IMG/VR virus record: IMGVR_UViG_3300020473_002010
Span: 5,737-69,736 of that record
Length of the DNA: 64,000 nt
Direction: 5' to 3' (one strand)
Source of the DNA: a virus
The position numbers and the translations under genes are program-made. Of the stretch, positions 38,200 to 47,600 are shown in pieces. The notes under the pieces were generated by a model, which saw nothing but the letters and a program-made list of their open reading frames with translations, did no database searches and was not told the DNA's origin. Each line of letters starts with the position of its first letter. Position 1 is the stretch's first letter.

Positions 38200-39069
38200 A
38201 TGAGTACTCCAAGCCCAGAAGATATTATATTTCCAACCGGTAAGCCGCACGTTTCATTTTCTGAAGTACGACTATGGAAAGAGTGTCCCCATCATCACAG
38301 GCTTACATACATTAACAAAGTCGCGAAAGATGAACCGTCTCCTTATCTATCATACGGCTCGGCTCTTCATGATGGAATTGAAAATTTTCTTAAGACTGGA
38401 GCGATGGATAAAGAGACGGTACTTGAGAAGTTAAAAAGTGAATGGGACCTACACGGCTTCGATTCAGATGAGTGGATTCAGGCTCAAGCTGACCACCGGA
38501 AGTCTCAAGGTTGGAAACCAAAAGAGCACGATTATCTAAAAAAATGGTTAAAGTGGGCCGATACTTCTTTGACAGACTTGCCTCTATTCTTAACAGAAGA
38601 GTTTGGAGAGTATGAGGTAATATCAGCAGAAGAGCAATTGTATGAGTATTTTCCTGGCTATGATATTTTCTTTAAGGGCTTTATCGATGCGGTTCTAAAA
38701 GTCAATATTCGTGGAAAAGAATATTATTACGTTATTGACTGGAAGACTGCTGGCGATAAAGGGTGGTACGCAAGCAAACGTCGTGACATTTTGACGTGGG
38801 CTCAGATTGCTTTATACAAGTCATTTTGGAAAAACAAAAACGAAAAAGACACAAAAGAAGTGAAGTGCGGATTTGTACTTTTGAAGCGCGGCGGAAAACC
38901 TGGCGATTCTTGCGAGTTGGTCAAAGTATCTGTCGGACCAAAAGCTGAGGAAAATGCTTTATCTATTTTGCGCAGTATGGTAAAGACCGTGCGCAGGGGC
39001 ATTTATCTTAAAAATCGCCAATCTTGCAGATTTTGTGAATTTAAGAATACCACTCATTGTCCCGGATGA
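38200..39069 (+). CDS. PD-(D/E)XK nuclease, Cas4/AddB-like with 4-Cys Fe-S motif
   Basis: SFS...ECP, GSALH, GFIDAV, IDWKT, QIALY and C-terminal CRFCEFKNTTHC. Confidence 0.85.
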   Translation: MSTPSPEDIIFPTGKPHVSFSEVRLWKECPHHHRLTYINKVAKDEPSPYLSYGSALHDGIENFLKTGAMDKETVLEKLKSEWDLHGFDSDEWIQAQADHRKSQGWKPKEHDYLKKWLKWADTSLTDLPLFLTEEFGEYEVISAEEQLYEYFPGYDIFFKGFIDAVLKVNIRGKEYYYVIDWKTAGDKGWYASKRRDILTWAQIALYKSFWKNKNEKDTKEVKCGFVLLKRGGKPGDSCELVKVSVGPKAEENALSILRSMVKTVRRGIYLKNRQSCRFCEFKNTTHCPG

Positions 39070-39119
39070 TATACTTTGTGGTAATCTATGATATGATTAT
39101 CCACGCAGATGAGGATTAG

Positions 39120-40373
39120 ATGACAGAACAAAAGAAGTACAAAATATTGATGCTTTCCGACCACGCTTTAAGTACGTCAGGAGTAGGATGTCAATCGAGA
39201 TTCTTGATTGAAGGCTTGCTGAAGAAGGGTTGCTGGAGTGTGAGGCAGTTTGGTGCTGCTTTAAAGCACAACAACTATGACGTTGTGCAGGTAAGCGAAG
39301 ATTTTATCATTAAGCCTATTGATGGATTTGGCGATCCAAACATGCTAAGGCTTGCATTAGCCACAGAAAAACCAGACTTATTGTTTATTTTTACCGACCC
39401 TCGATTCTTTACTTGGTTGTGGGATATGGAGGAAGAAGTACATCAAGTATGCCCAATAGCATATTGGCATGTTTGGGACAACCGGCCATCACCAGAGTTT
39501 AATTCCTCATATTACGCTTCCACTGACCTTATAAATTGCCATTCACACCCGACATATGAGATAGTGAGTGAAAATTTTCCTGAACGTACCAACTTTATTC
39601 CTCATGCATTACCAGAAGATATTTTCTATAAGCTTCCTGAAAATCAAATAGCTCAATGGCGGGAAAAAGTACTAGGGTACCAGAACAAAGATTGTTTTGT
39701 GGCATTTTGGGTGAATAGAAATGCAAAAAGAAAGCGTCCAGCAGATGTGCTTTGGGCATGGAAATTATTTTTGGAAAAAGTCCCAAATCGCGAAGATGTT
39801 ATGCTCTTAATGCACACCGACCCCTTTGATATGGAGGGACCGAACCTTGTTGAGTGTGCAAAAATGCTTGGAATAATAGACAGAGTTACTTTTTCTAGAG
39901 AGAGAATAGAATTTGAACAGATGAATATTCTTCACAATGTAGCTGACTGTTGTCTCAACATTTCCTTCGCAGAAGGTTTTGGTTTGGGAACATTGGAAGC
40001 CATGCAAGCAGGTACACCAATCATTGCAGCAAAGACCGGCGGCTTAACAAGACAAGTAGTTGACCACCGCGACGGTACTGAGAATGGTGTCGCACTTGAT
40101 ATTTCGTTAAAGGCGCTAGTGGGTTCTCAAAATGTACCTTACATTTATGAGGATTACGCTTCGGTGGAAGACACAGCTGATGCGCTGTTCAAGATATACA
40201 GCATGTCAAATGAAGAAAAGAAAGTTTTAAGTGATAAAGTCTTAGATTATGTTGCTAGCGAGTTTTCGATTGATAAAACCATTGATGATTGGCATTCTAC
40301 CATGTTACAGCTTGTAGAAGATTGGCAATCTGGAAAACGCGTTGTTAATAGGTTTGAGATAAGGGAGTTATAG
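39120..40373 (+). CDS. Glycosyltransferase family 4 (GT-B)
   Basis: SDH...SGVG, NRNAKRK and AEGFGLGTLEAMQAGTPIIAAKTGG. Confidence 0.88.
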   Translation: MTEQKKYKILMLSDHALSTSGVGCQSRFLIEGLLKKGCWSVRQFGAALKHNNYDVVQVSEDFIIKPIDGFGDPNMLRLALATEKPDLLFIFTDPRFFTWLWDMEEEVHQVCPIAYWHVWDNRPSPEFNSSYYASTDLINCHSHPTYEIVSENFPERTNFIPHALPEDIFYKLPENQIAQWREKVLGYQNKDCFVAFWVNRNAKRKRPADVLWAWKLFLEKVPNREDVMLLMHTDPFDMEGPNLVECAKMLGIIDRVTFSRERIEFEQMNILHNVADCCLNISFAEGFGLGTLEAMQAGTPIIAAKTGGLTRQVVDHRDGTENGVALDISLKALVGSQNVPYIYEDYASVEDTADALFKIYSMSNEEKKVLSDKVLDYVASEFSIDKTIDDWHSTMLQLVEDWQSGKRVVNRFEIREL

Positions 40374-40376
40374 GGT

Positions 40377-41615
40377 ATGAATGTTATTTTAAGAGGTCCG
40401 CTTCTTTCGATAAGCGGGTATGGTGAGCACTCCCGTCAGGTTTTTCAATGGGCAGAATCTCGAGGGTGGAATATCTTTTCGCATGTATTACCTTGGGGAA
40501 TGAACCCTTATTTTATAAACCCTGATGCTCAAAACGGCCTTATCGGTCGAATTATGGCCACTACTAATCCGCTACCACCGGGTGAGCATAACAAGGCGCA
40601 ACTGTCTTTTCAGATCCAGCTACCAAACGAATGGGATCCTACAATAGCGAGAGTCAACATCGGTATAACTGCGGGTGTTGAAACCACAGTTTGCAATCCT
40701 GAGTGGGTTCAAGCGTGTAATAGAATGGACCATATTGTTGTCCCAAGTGAATTTACTAGAAAAGTTTTTATTGACGCCGGACTTTCTCCTAATCGGATAT
40801 CTTCTATTCCTGAAGCGTTTACATGCGACCTAAACGAGACTGAGGGTTCCATTGCACTATCCAATAACATGGAAAATATTCCGACAAAATTTAACTTGCT
40901 TGTGTTTGGGCAAATCACGGGTCAGGATCCCGAAACTGATCGTAAAAATACGTTTTATAACATAAAATGGCTGGCTGAAGTTTTTCAAAACGATCCAGAT
41001 GTTGGGATCATAATAAAGACGAATACAGGAAGATTGAATGTTAAAGATAGAGAGCAGTCTACTGCTATATTAAGGGAATTGCTAAGTCAGGTTAGAAGAG
41101 GCCCGGGACCACGATTTTATCTTGCTCACGGGTTAATGGATGAAAGTGAAATTGCTTCGTTATATCGACATGAGAGCGTAAAAGCACTCGTTGCGCCAAC
41201 AAGAGGCGAGGGCTGGGGGCTACCAATACTGGATGCAGCAGTCTGTGGACTGCCTGTCATAGCAACAAACTGGTCAGGTCACTTAGATTTTATGAAACAA
41301 GTTAAGTTTCTTTCACTGGATTACGATATGGTGCCGGTACCTGCGCACAAGATAGATAACCAGATATTCATGAATGGTGCTCAATGGGCAAATGTCAAAG
41401 AGGGGCACTTCAAATCAAGATTAACTAAGTTTAGAAAGTCTTCTGGTCCTCCAACAGAGTGGGCACAATCGGCCGCTCCACAAATAGCTAAAGATTTTTC
41501 TTTGAAAAACATCTTTTCGATTTATAATGAAAAGCTTGCCGCAGTTTTACCCACTGAGCATAAAGCTCCCATGACTTTTGGCATGCCGGGTGGGGGTAGA
41601 ATTGACGGGACTTGA
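40377..41615 (+). CDS. Glycosyltransferase family 4 (GT-B)
   Basis: SGYGEHSR, VPSEF, DRKN and GEGWGLPILDAAVCGLPVIATNWSGHLDF. Confidence 0.88.
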   Translation: MNVILRGPLLSISGYGEHSRQVFQWAESRGWNIFSHVLPWGMNPYFINPDAQNGLIGRIMATTNPLPPGEHNKAQLSFQIQLPNEWDPTIARVNIGITAGVETTVCNPEWVQACNRMDHIVVPSEFTRKVFIDAGLSPNRISSIPEAFTCDLNETEGSIALSNNMENIPTKFNLLVFGQITGQDPETDRKNTFYNIKWLAEVFQNDPDVGIIIKTNTGRLNVKDREQSTAILRELLSQVRRGPGPRFYLAHGLMDESEIASLYRHESVKALVAPTRGEGWGLPILDAAVCGLPVIATNWSGHLDFMKQVKFLSLDYDMVPVPAHKIDNQIFMNGAQWANVKEGHFKSRLTKFRKSSGPPTEWAQSAAPQIAKDFSLKNIFSIYNEKLAAVLPTEHKAPMTFGMPGGGRIDGT

Positions 41616-41907
41616 GACGTTATTAGCAATATCATCTTGCTTATTTTTTGCGAGTACATGTGTACTCGCATTTTATGCATATAAGTTTGGTATTACCATT
41701 TTGAAGGTGGAGGATGCCGTTGAAGAGTGTCTGGATGTTCTTGATGAAAGATATGAGTCCATATCTAAGGTTTTAGAAATTCCACTCTTTGATGATAGCC
41801 CACAGATAAGGACTGTTCATAAAGATATTAAAAAGTCAAGAGACCAAATTTTGGCTGTTGCGAATCTTTTAACCGGCGGCATTATCGAAGAAGTAGAGGA
41901 ACAATAG
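41602..41907 (+). CDS. Small membrane-anchored coiled-coil protein
   Basis: TTG at 41602 after GGGGG; one hydrophobic helix (LLAISSCLFFASTCVLAFYAY) then an acidic helix. Confidence 0.6.
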   Translation: MTGLETLLAISSCLFFASTCVLAFYAYKFGITILKVEDAVEECLDVLDERYESISKVLEIPLFDDSPQIRTVHKDIKKSRDQILAVANLLTGGIIEEVEEQ

Positions 41908-42633
41908 ATGGCCAAAAGAAAGATAAGAAGAAACCCCGGCAAAAAGCGTAACATGTACTTTAACAAAGATACGCAAGCGTCGATAGAATCCTATCAACAA
42001 TCAGATGATTCTGCTGAGAAGGAAAAAATCTATAGGAATGAGATTATGCCGGCGTTTGAGCAATTGTCTGAAAGTCTTATATACGTATATGGCTTTAATT
42101 CACCGTACGAAAGTACGGCGTCTATGAAGGGGGATTGTGTTGCGTTTTTGTACGAAACTATCCACAAGTGGGATCCTGCAAGAGGTACCAAGGCATTTTC
42201 TTACTTTAACGTTGTTGCAAAAAACTGGCTAATAATTCGATGCAGAAATGCCAAGAAAAATAATCAACGCCACGTTTCAATGAGCGATCTATCTGTGCTA
42301 AATTCTAGAGATAAAGCAAAGATTGCGGGTAGCAAGGTAGCCCCATCGCCACAAGATATATTAGAAAAAGCAGAATTACGCGACAGAATAATGGACGTAA
42401 TCGATGAGATAGACGGCCGGGTGAAAAAGCCAAATGAGGTACTTTGCGCAAAAGCCATTCGAACTGTTTTCGAAAATATCGATAATCTAGACTTCTTAAA
42501 TAAGCGGGCTATCTATGTATATGTTAGAGAGATTTCAGGGTTAACATCAAAACAACTTTCTGTTTCGATGTCTAAAATAAGAAAGCACTATAAAGAAATC
42601 GTCCATGATGATAGGATAGTGGATTTGCTATAG
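41908..42633 (+). CDS. Phage RNA polymerase sigma-factor-like protein (possible late sigma, gp55-like)
   Basis: MYF...KIY...AFEQLSESLI...DCVAFLYETIHKWDPARGTKAFSYFNVVAKNWLI resembles sigma region 2 (FDP.KG..FSY) as in T4-like gp55. Sits just upstream of baseplate genes. Confidence 0.65.
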   Translation: MAKRKIRRNPGKKRNMYFNKDTQASIESYQQSDDSAEKEKIYRNEIMPAFEQLSESLIYVYGFNSPYESTASMKGDCVAFLYETIHKWDPARGTKAFSYFNVVAKNWLIIRCRNAKKNNQRHVSMSDLSVLNSRDKAKIAGSKVAPSPQDILEKAELRDRIMDVIDEIDGRVKKPNEVLCAKAIRTVFENIDNLDFLNKRAIYVYVREISGLTSKQLSVSMSKIRKHYKEIVHDDRIVDLL

Positions 42634-42642
42634 GGAGAAGTT

Positions 42643-43014
42643 ATGAGCAGCAAGATTGAAGAAGCAGCAAGAGATTTTGAGAGCATAGAGAAAAAGATTG
42701 AAGAGTTTTCAGACATGTTATCGAAGATCGAGCATGCTGATGCAAAGAAAAAGATCTTGTGGCGAGAAATCTATGAAAACGCTGCTTTAGATAGACAAAA
42801 TGCCCATATTTTGTTTGTGGAAGCTTATACAACAATGAGCCAAGGCACAACAGAGCACGCAACCCTGGGTTCGACATTAACAAAGTATCTAGAGAGAATG
42901 AATAAGTCAAACGACCAATTACTAAAATTGGCAGAGTTAATATCAAAATCTGAGAGTGAGCATGCTGCTATAAATGCAGATGATCTGTTTTCACAGATAA
43001 CAAAGGGTGAATAA
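42643..43014 (+). CDS. Hypothetical helical protein
   Basis: RBS GGGAG; coiled-coil-like LERMNKSNDQLLKLAEL. Confidence 0.65.
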   Translation: MSSKIEEAARDFESIEKKIEEFSDMLSKIEHADAKKKILWREIYENAALDRQNAHILFVEAYTTMSQGTTEHATLGSTLTKYLERMNKSNDQLLKLAELISKSESEHAAINADDLFSQITKGE

Positions 43015-44886
43015 ATGGCACAAGGATCCGGTACCGATGCTGTAGCACAACAGGCGAACCCAACTGCTTCCGCTCCAGCAGATGCCAATGCCACAGCAGC
43101 TCCTACCCAAGTTTTTAGCAGGGCAGTTGTTGTAGAAGTGCTCTATGATCTAGCGGTGTGGACAGATGAAGATCTTGAAGAGCTAAAGGCGCTTATCGAT
43201 TCCCCTGATATGCTTCAAACAGCTCCTAGAAATTCAATTATTTGTCGCCTCATCAGTGGTGGCGCAGATAAAAAGGCTCCTGATGCGACTGAGCAACCAA
43301 CTCCAGAAGAGGTGGAGGATGCGGAAGAGAATGAGGAGTCTGTACCTGAAGGTGAAGCTATAGGTGGGGTTGGGATATTATGTTACCCATTTTTCCCGCC
43401 ACATCTCTGTTTTCCTGTAAAACCAGGGGAGCAAGTGTGGGTTGTTCAAGACTCCCCTGATACTCCATCGAAGGTGCAGTACTGGATGTGCAGAATTCCT
43501 GAACCGGCTCATGTCGACGATGTTAATTTTACACATGCTGACAGAAAGCTGGTTGGTGATCTAGCACCCCCAACAACATCCGAGCTGGCCGAAAATGCGC
43601 AGCAAGAAGAAGAGGTCCCTAATGATTCAACATCAGTTGTCAACCCTGGTACCGAGCAGACAGAAGAGGGCCAGGCGATAAGTCCACTTGAGAGTGAAGA
43701 TAAAGACGGCGATGGAATGGACGATCGCTTGTTTGGGTTCCCAAATGGAACAGGGAAAGAAGATGCATATACGCTTAAAGAAGAATTAGCTTATGAAGAT
43801 TTGGTTAACGTTGCTATTGCTTACGACCAATTTCACCGCCAGCATGTGCCACGCTTTACAAAGCGTCCTGGGGATATGGTTCTTCAAGGGTCCAATAATA
43901 CACTAATATGCTTGGGTGAACAACGTGGATGGGGTAGACATATTGGAAGAGAAACGCTAAATCTCGCATGGGATGCAGAGTTTTCAAACGCAACATTCGA
44001 TGAAGACGAAATAGAAGAGAGAAAAGAATATCCTTGGGGCGCCATTGATTTAGTTGCCGGTCGTGGTCGCCACGACTGGAGATTTAGGGATAAAACAGAG
44101 TTACTCCCTCCCATTATGACGGCACCAAGGTGCATACAGAACACGCCTATTCCTGAACATCTCGGCCCTGGTCGTGAGTCCTGGATTGAAACAAATAAGA
44201 ATCCCCAAGCAAATGAGCAAGCTGAGGTGAATAGGCTAGACGCCCCACCAGAAGGAGATCCTGACTTTGCGTATGACGCCGCGAGGGTTTGGATCAGTCA
44301 CTCTGGAGAACCAGATCCATTATTTAATATAGACAATCCAGGTACAACTCTACCAACTCTTATTGGTCCTGAAGACACAGAGCTTACGATTGGCGCTACA
44401 AAAGATTTTCCATCAAGCGTCGTAGCTAAAGCTGATGAAATAAGGATTATCTCAAGAAAATTGGAGGCAGATGATCCTGTTGACGGGTCCCCAGAGATAA
44501 ATGGCTCTATAAGAATTATTAAGCAGGGAATACCTGATGAGGATATGGCTTGTGTGTATTTGCTGGCTGATGGCACGGTACAAATAAGCGGCTCAAAGAT
44601 ATTTCTTGGTCGCCACCCTGACGATGGTGGAGCCGGTGAAGATAACAGCGGTCCCGGAGAAGGAAGCTCACAGCCCTACGTAATGTACCAGCAATTGTAC
44701 GAGCTTTTTGTTGCTTTTATGGATGATGTACAGACATTTTGTGATAATCTTACGACACATGTTACTCCCGGATACGGTGCACCATCTGTTGAGATTAACA
44801 AGGCTGCAATGACCCTAAAGGCAGACCTTGAGTCAAGGAAGGGTCAAATACCAAGCATACAATCAGAAAGAATATTTGGAGAATAG
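43015..44886 (+). CDS. Putative baseplate hub/spike protein (gp5/VgrG-like N-terminal region), acidic
   Basis: AVVVEV...YPFFPPHLCFPVKPGEQVWV...YW and PGDMVLQGSNNTLICLG are gp5-like patterns. Directly upstream of gp25/gp6-like genes. Confidence 0.55.
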   Translation: MAQGSGTDAVAQQANPTASAPADANATAAPTQVFSRAVVVEVLYDLAVWTDEDLEELKALIDSPDMLQTAPRNSIICRLISGGADKKAPDATEQPTPEEVEDAEENEESVPEGEAIGGVGILCYPFFPPHLCFPVKPGEQVWVVQDSPDTPSKVQYWMCRIPEPAHVDDVNFTHADRKLVGDLAPPTTSELAENAQQEEEVPNDSTSVVNPGTEQTEEGQAISPLESEDKDGDGMDDRLFGFPNGTGKEDAYTLKEELAYEDLVNVAIAYDQFHRQHVPRFTKRPGDMVLQGSNNTLICLGEQRGWGRHIGRETLNLAWDAEFSNATFDEDEIEERKEYPWGAIDLVAGRGRHDWRFRDKTELLPPIMTAPRCIQNTPIPEHLGPGRESWIETNKNPQANEQAEVNRLDAPPEGDPDFAYDAARVWISHSGEPDPLFNIDNPGTTLPTLIGPEDTELTIGATKDFPSSVVAKADEIRIISRKLEADDPVDGSPEINGSIRIIKQGIPDEDMACVYLLADGTVQISGSKIFLGRHPDDGGAGEDNSGPGEGSSQPYVMYQQLYELFVAFMDDVQTFCDNLTTHVTPGYGAPSVEINKAAMTLKADLESRKGQIPSIQSERIFGE

Positions 44887-44894
44887 GAGGAAAT

Positions 44895-45182
44895 ATGCCA
44901 CTTTCAGTCGCACTACCGATGCTAGAATTGGATATATTCATGGCTCTTGAGAATGCTAGAGGACAGATCGCTGTAGCCGCAGAGTCTGGAAAAACACCTA
45001 CTGAAATTAATCAGCTGTTTGCTTCTGACCTTAGTCTGGCAATACATTCATACACGACTCAAGCGCTTGTTCAGACAAACGTAATAACTGTTCTAGCTGG
45101 AATTGCTGCCCCTCTGGCGCCCACTGGTGCATGTCCAGTAGCTGGGGCGGGTATGGGAACCGGTACGGGCGTCTTGCTATAG
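44895..45182 (+). CDS. Small hypothetical protein, possibly spike-associated
   Basis: RBS AGGAGG; Gly-rich C-terminus GAGMGTGTG; lies between the hub and gp25-like genes. Confidence 0.55.
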   Translation: MPLSVALPMLELDIFMALENARGQIAVAAESGKTPTEINQLFASDLSLAIHSYTTQALVQTNVITVLAGIAAPLAPTGACPVAGAGMGTGTGVLL

Positions 45183-45226
45183 GCGCAGTTATGTACTACT
45201 TAGCTCATCACTATTTCTGCGAGCAA

Positions 45227-45234
45227 ATATTTAG
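45227..45234 (+). promoter_or_regulatory. Candidate phage late-promoter motif ATATTTAG
   Basis: Intergenic, 15 nt before ATG 45250. Identical to the octamer at 9702. Confidence 0.4.
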
Positions 45235-45249
45235 TATGGGTGGTATGTC

Positions 45250-45747
45250 ATGGCTGTAAGTAGAAGAGCGAATGTTAAGAAGTACGATTTTAAGTCTATA
45301 GGGACTTCTTTTGAGAAGCAATCTGAGATTGATGCCCGTCGTAGAGCTCCTCCACCCGTTGGAATTTTTACACCTGTTACGACAGGAGAAACAGGACAGG
45401 GCTTCCTTAAAATGAATACTTCATTTTCAGACCAGATACATGATAACCTCATAAATTTGATCTTAACTAACCACGGTGAGAGGTTAGGCCTTCCACTTTT
45501 TGGGGCGAATTTATCAGAATTGGCTTTTGAAATGCAAACAGATACCGGTGCAAATGAGGCGATGAGAAGAATAACACTGGCATGCAATCGCTGGATGCCA
45601 TTTGTGGCACTATCAACATTCGAACCAATTGTTGAGCTGTTTGATAATAAGGAGGTTGCCAAGGTTGGGGTAAGACTAACATACAGCGTACCGCGTATTC
45701 GCTCTAAAGAGCGGGGTATGGAAATAATAATATACAGCGCAGGATAG
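45250..45747 (+). CDS. Baseplate wedge protein, gp25/GPW-like
   Basis: QIHDNLINLILTNHGERLGLPLFGANLSELAFE...WMPFV is the gp25 signature (LxTxxGERxxxPxFG). Confidence 0.88.
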   Translation: MAVSRRANVKKYDFKSIGTSFEKQSEIDARRRAPPPVGIFTPVTTGETGQGFLKMNTSFSDQIHDNLINLILTNHGERLGLPLFGANLSELAFEMQTDTGANEAMRRITLACNRWMPFVALSTFEPIVELFDNKEVAKVGVRLTYSVPRIRSKERGMEIIIYSAG

Positions 45748-45750
45748 AAG

Positions 45751-47595
45751 ATGGCGATCAATGTAAAACGAAGTTTGAAGAACGAGAATCAGAGAAATTA
45801 TTTAGCGAAGGATTTCGAGTCTTTCCGAAATGAGCTATACAAACATGCCAAGCTTTATTTCTCAAATAAGATTCAAGATTTCTCAGAAGCCAGTCTCGGT
45901 GGTCTTTTATTAGACATGGCTGCGTTTGTTGGCGATACGATGTCCTTTTATCTCGACCACCAGTTTAATGAGCTTAATTGGTCATCCGCGATCGAAGTAA
46001 AGAATATCCAGAAGCATTTACGTAATGCTGGTGTTAAGGTTCACGGCGCGACACCGTCAGTTGTCATGGTCAAGGTATATTTTGAAGTTCCAGCTGAAAC
46101 GATAAACGGCTCGACTGCTCCCAAGGTTGCTCTTTTACCAAAGGTTGGTGCATTGTCGATTTTTACATCGAATGATGGCATACCGTTTAACTTACTTTCT
46201 GATTTAGATTTTGCGGAAAAAGATAAGGATGGTAATTTCCTCTATGAGTCTGTTGTTGTCGAGACAGACGACGCTGGCACGCCAACTTCGTATGTTATAA
46301 TGCGTGATGGATTATGTCTTTCCGGTGTTAGAAAAGAGTGGAAAACCTCAATACCAAATATTCACAAAGCTTTTAGAACCCTCACATTGCCAGATGAGAA
46401 CGTTACAGATATTGTTAGCGTAAAAGACAGTGATGGGAACATCTATTATGAGGTTGAGTCTCTATCTCAAGACACTGTTTTTAAGAAAATTATTAACTTA
46501 ACTGAGGACAGCGACAGCGTCGGGTACAACCTAGAAGTGATACCAGCGCCGTATAGATTTGTGAGAAGCTATGATTATAACACTAAGCTAACCACGATTC
46601 GTTTTGGTTCTGGGAACGCAAAGACACTAGACAATGACATTATTCCGGATCCTTCCGAGCTAGCGCTGCCGCTTTATGGGAAGACTACATTCTCTAGATT
46701 TACAATCGATCCGAACGCCATGTTACAAACCCAGACGCTTGGTATTTCTCCTCGTAATACAACTCTAACCATAACGTACCGTGCTGGTGGGGGTCTCAAG
46801 CATAACGTTGGAGCAGAGTCAATTAGGACCGTCAGTACTCTTTTTCTCAAATTCTCTTCCGTCGCTAGTGCTTCTGAGGCGTCTTTGGTCCGAGGATCAA
46901 TAGATTGCTCAAACAAGCTTCCTGCGCTTGATGGTGATAGAGCACCAACGATCAGTGAATTGAGGGCCTTAATTCCATCCAGCCGAGCAGCTCAATCCCG
47001 AATTATTACAAAAGAAGATCTTATTGCAAGAATCTATACACTACCCAACCAGTTTGGTAGAGTGTACAGGGTTGGCATTCGACCTAACCCGATTAACTCT
47101 CTTGCATCTCAGATCTTTATCGTTTCTCGTAATAAGAGAAAGAAGCTGAAGATGTCATCTGACACCTTGAAGAAAAACCTTCGAATTTATCTAAATGAGT
47201 TTAGGGCGGTTAGCGATGCTTATGACATTCTAGATGCGAGGATAATAAATTTTGCGGTGAACGTTGATATCGTTGCCCATCCTGACTCAAACAAGTCTCA
47301 AGTTGCCCAAAAAATAATAAACAATCTGACGCAGCTTCTCAAGACAGACAACTTCCAAATTGATATGCCTATCGCATACGCAGACCTAATCAATAGTGTA
47401 TTGAATAGTGAGGGTGTTATATCCATGGTTGATATTAAGCTTGTAAATTTAACTGGTGTGGTAGAAGAAAGAACGTACAGTGACGTATCGTTCAGCGTCG
47501 ACGGAAATACATTCCAGCAGATGGTCGTGGGTCCGCCGGGAAGTATTTTTGAGCTAAAATATCCCAATAAAGACATTATAGTAACAGTGAGATAA
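45751..47595 (+). CDS. Baseplate wedge protein, gp6/baseplate J-like
   Basis: YLAKDFESFRNEL, DFSEASLGGLLLDMAAFVGDTMSFYLD, IRFGSG, ITYRAGGG, QSRIITKED. Confidence 0.88.
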   Translation: MAINVKRSLKNENQRNYLAKDFESFRNELYKHAKLYFSNKIQDFSEASLGGLLLDMAAFVGDTMSFYLDHQFNELNWSSAIEVKNIQKHLRNAGVKVHGATPSVVMVKVYFEVPAETINGSTAPKVALLPKVGALSIFTSNDGIPFNLLSDLDFAEKDKDGNFLYESVVVETDDAGTPTSYVIMRDGLCLSGVRKEWKTSIPNIHKAFRTLTLPDENVTDIVSVKDSDGNIYYEVESLSQDTVFKKIINLTEDSDSVGYNLEVIPAPYRFVRSYDYNTKLTTIRFGSGNAKTLDNDIIPDPSELALPLYGKTTFSRFTIDPNAMLQTQTLGISPRNTTLTITYRAGGGLKHNVGAESIRTVSTLFLKFSSVASASEASLVRGSIDCSNKLPALDGDRAPTISELRALIPSSRAAQSRIITKEDLIARIYTLPNQFGRVYRVGIRPNPINSLASQIFIVSRNKRKKLKMSSDTLKKNLRIYLNEFRAVSDAYDILDARIINFAVNVDIVAHPDSNKSQVAQKIINNLTQLLKTDNFQIDMPIAYADLINSVLNSEGVISMVDIKLVNLTGVVEERTYSDVSFSVDGNTFQQMVVGPPGSIFELKYPNKDIIVTVR

Positions 47596-47600
47596 TAAAA

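Noticed and set aside
42643-43014. Possible terminase small subunit
   Set aside because: Size and helicity fit, but there is no diagnostic motif and no large terminase nearby.
45231-45761. 176-aa minus-strand ORF
   Set aside because: It is an antisense shadow of the clear gp25-like gene and has no motifs.
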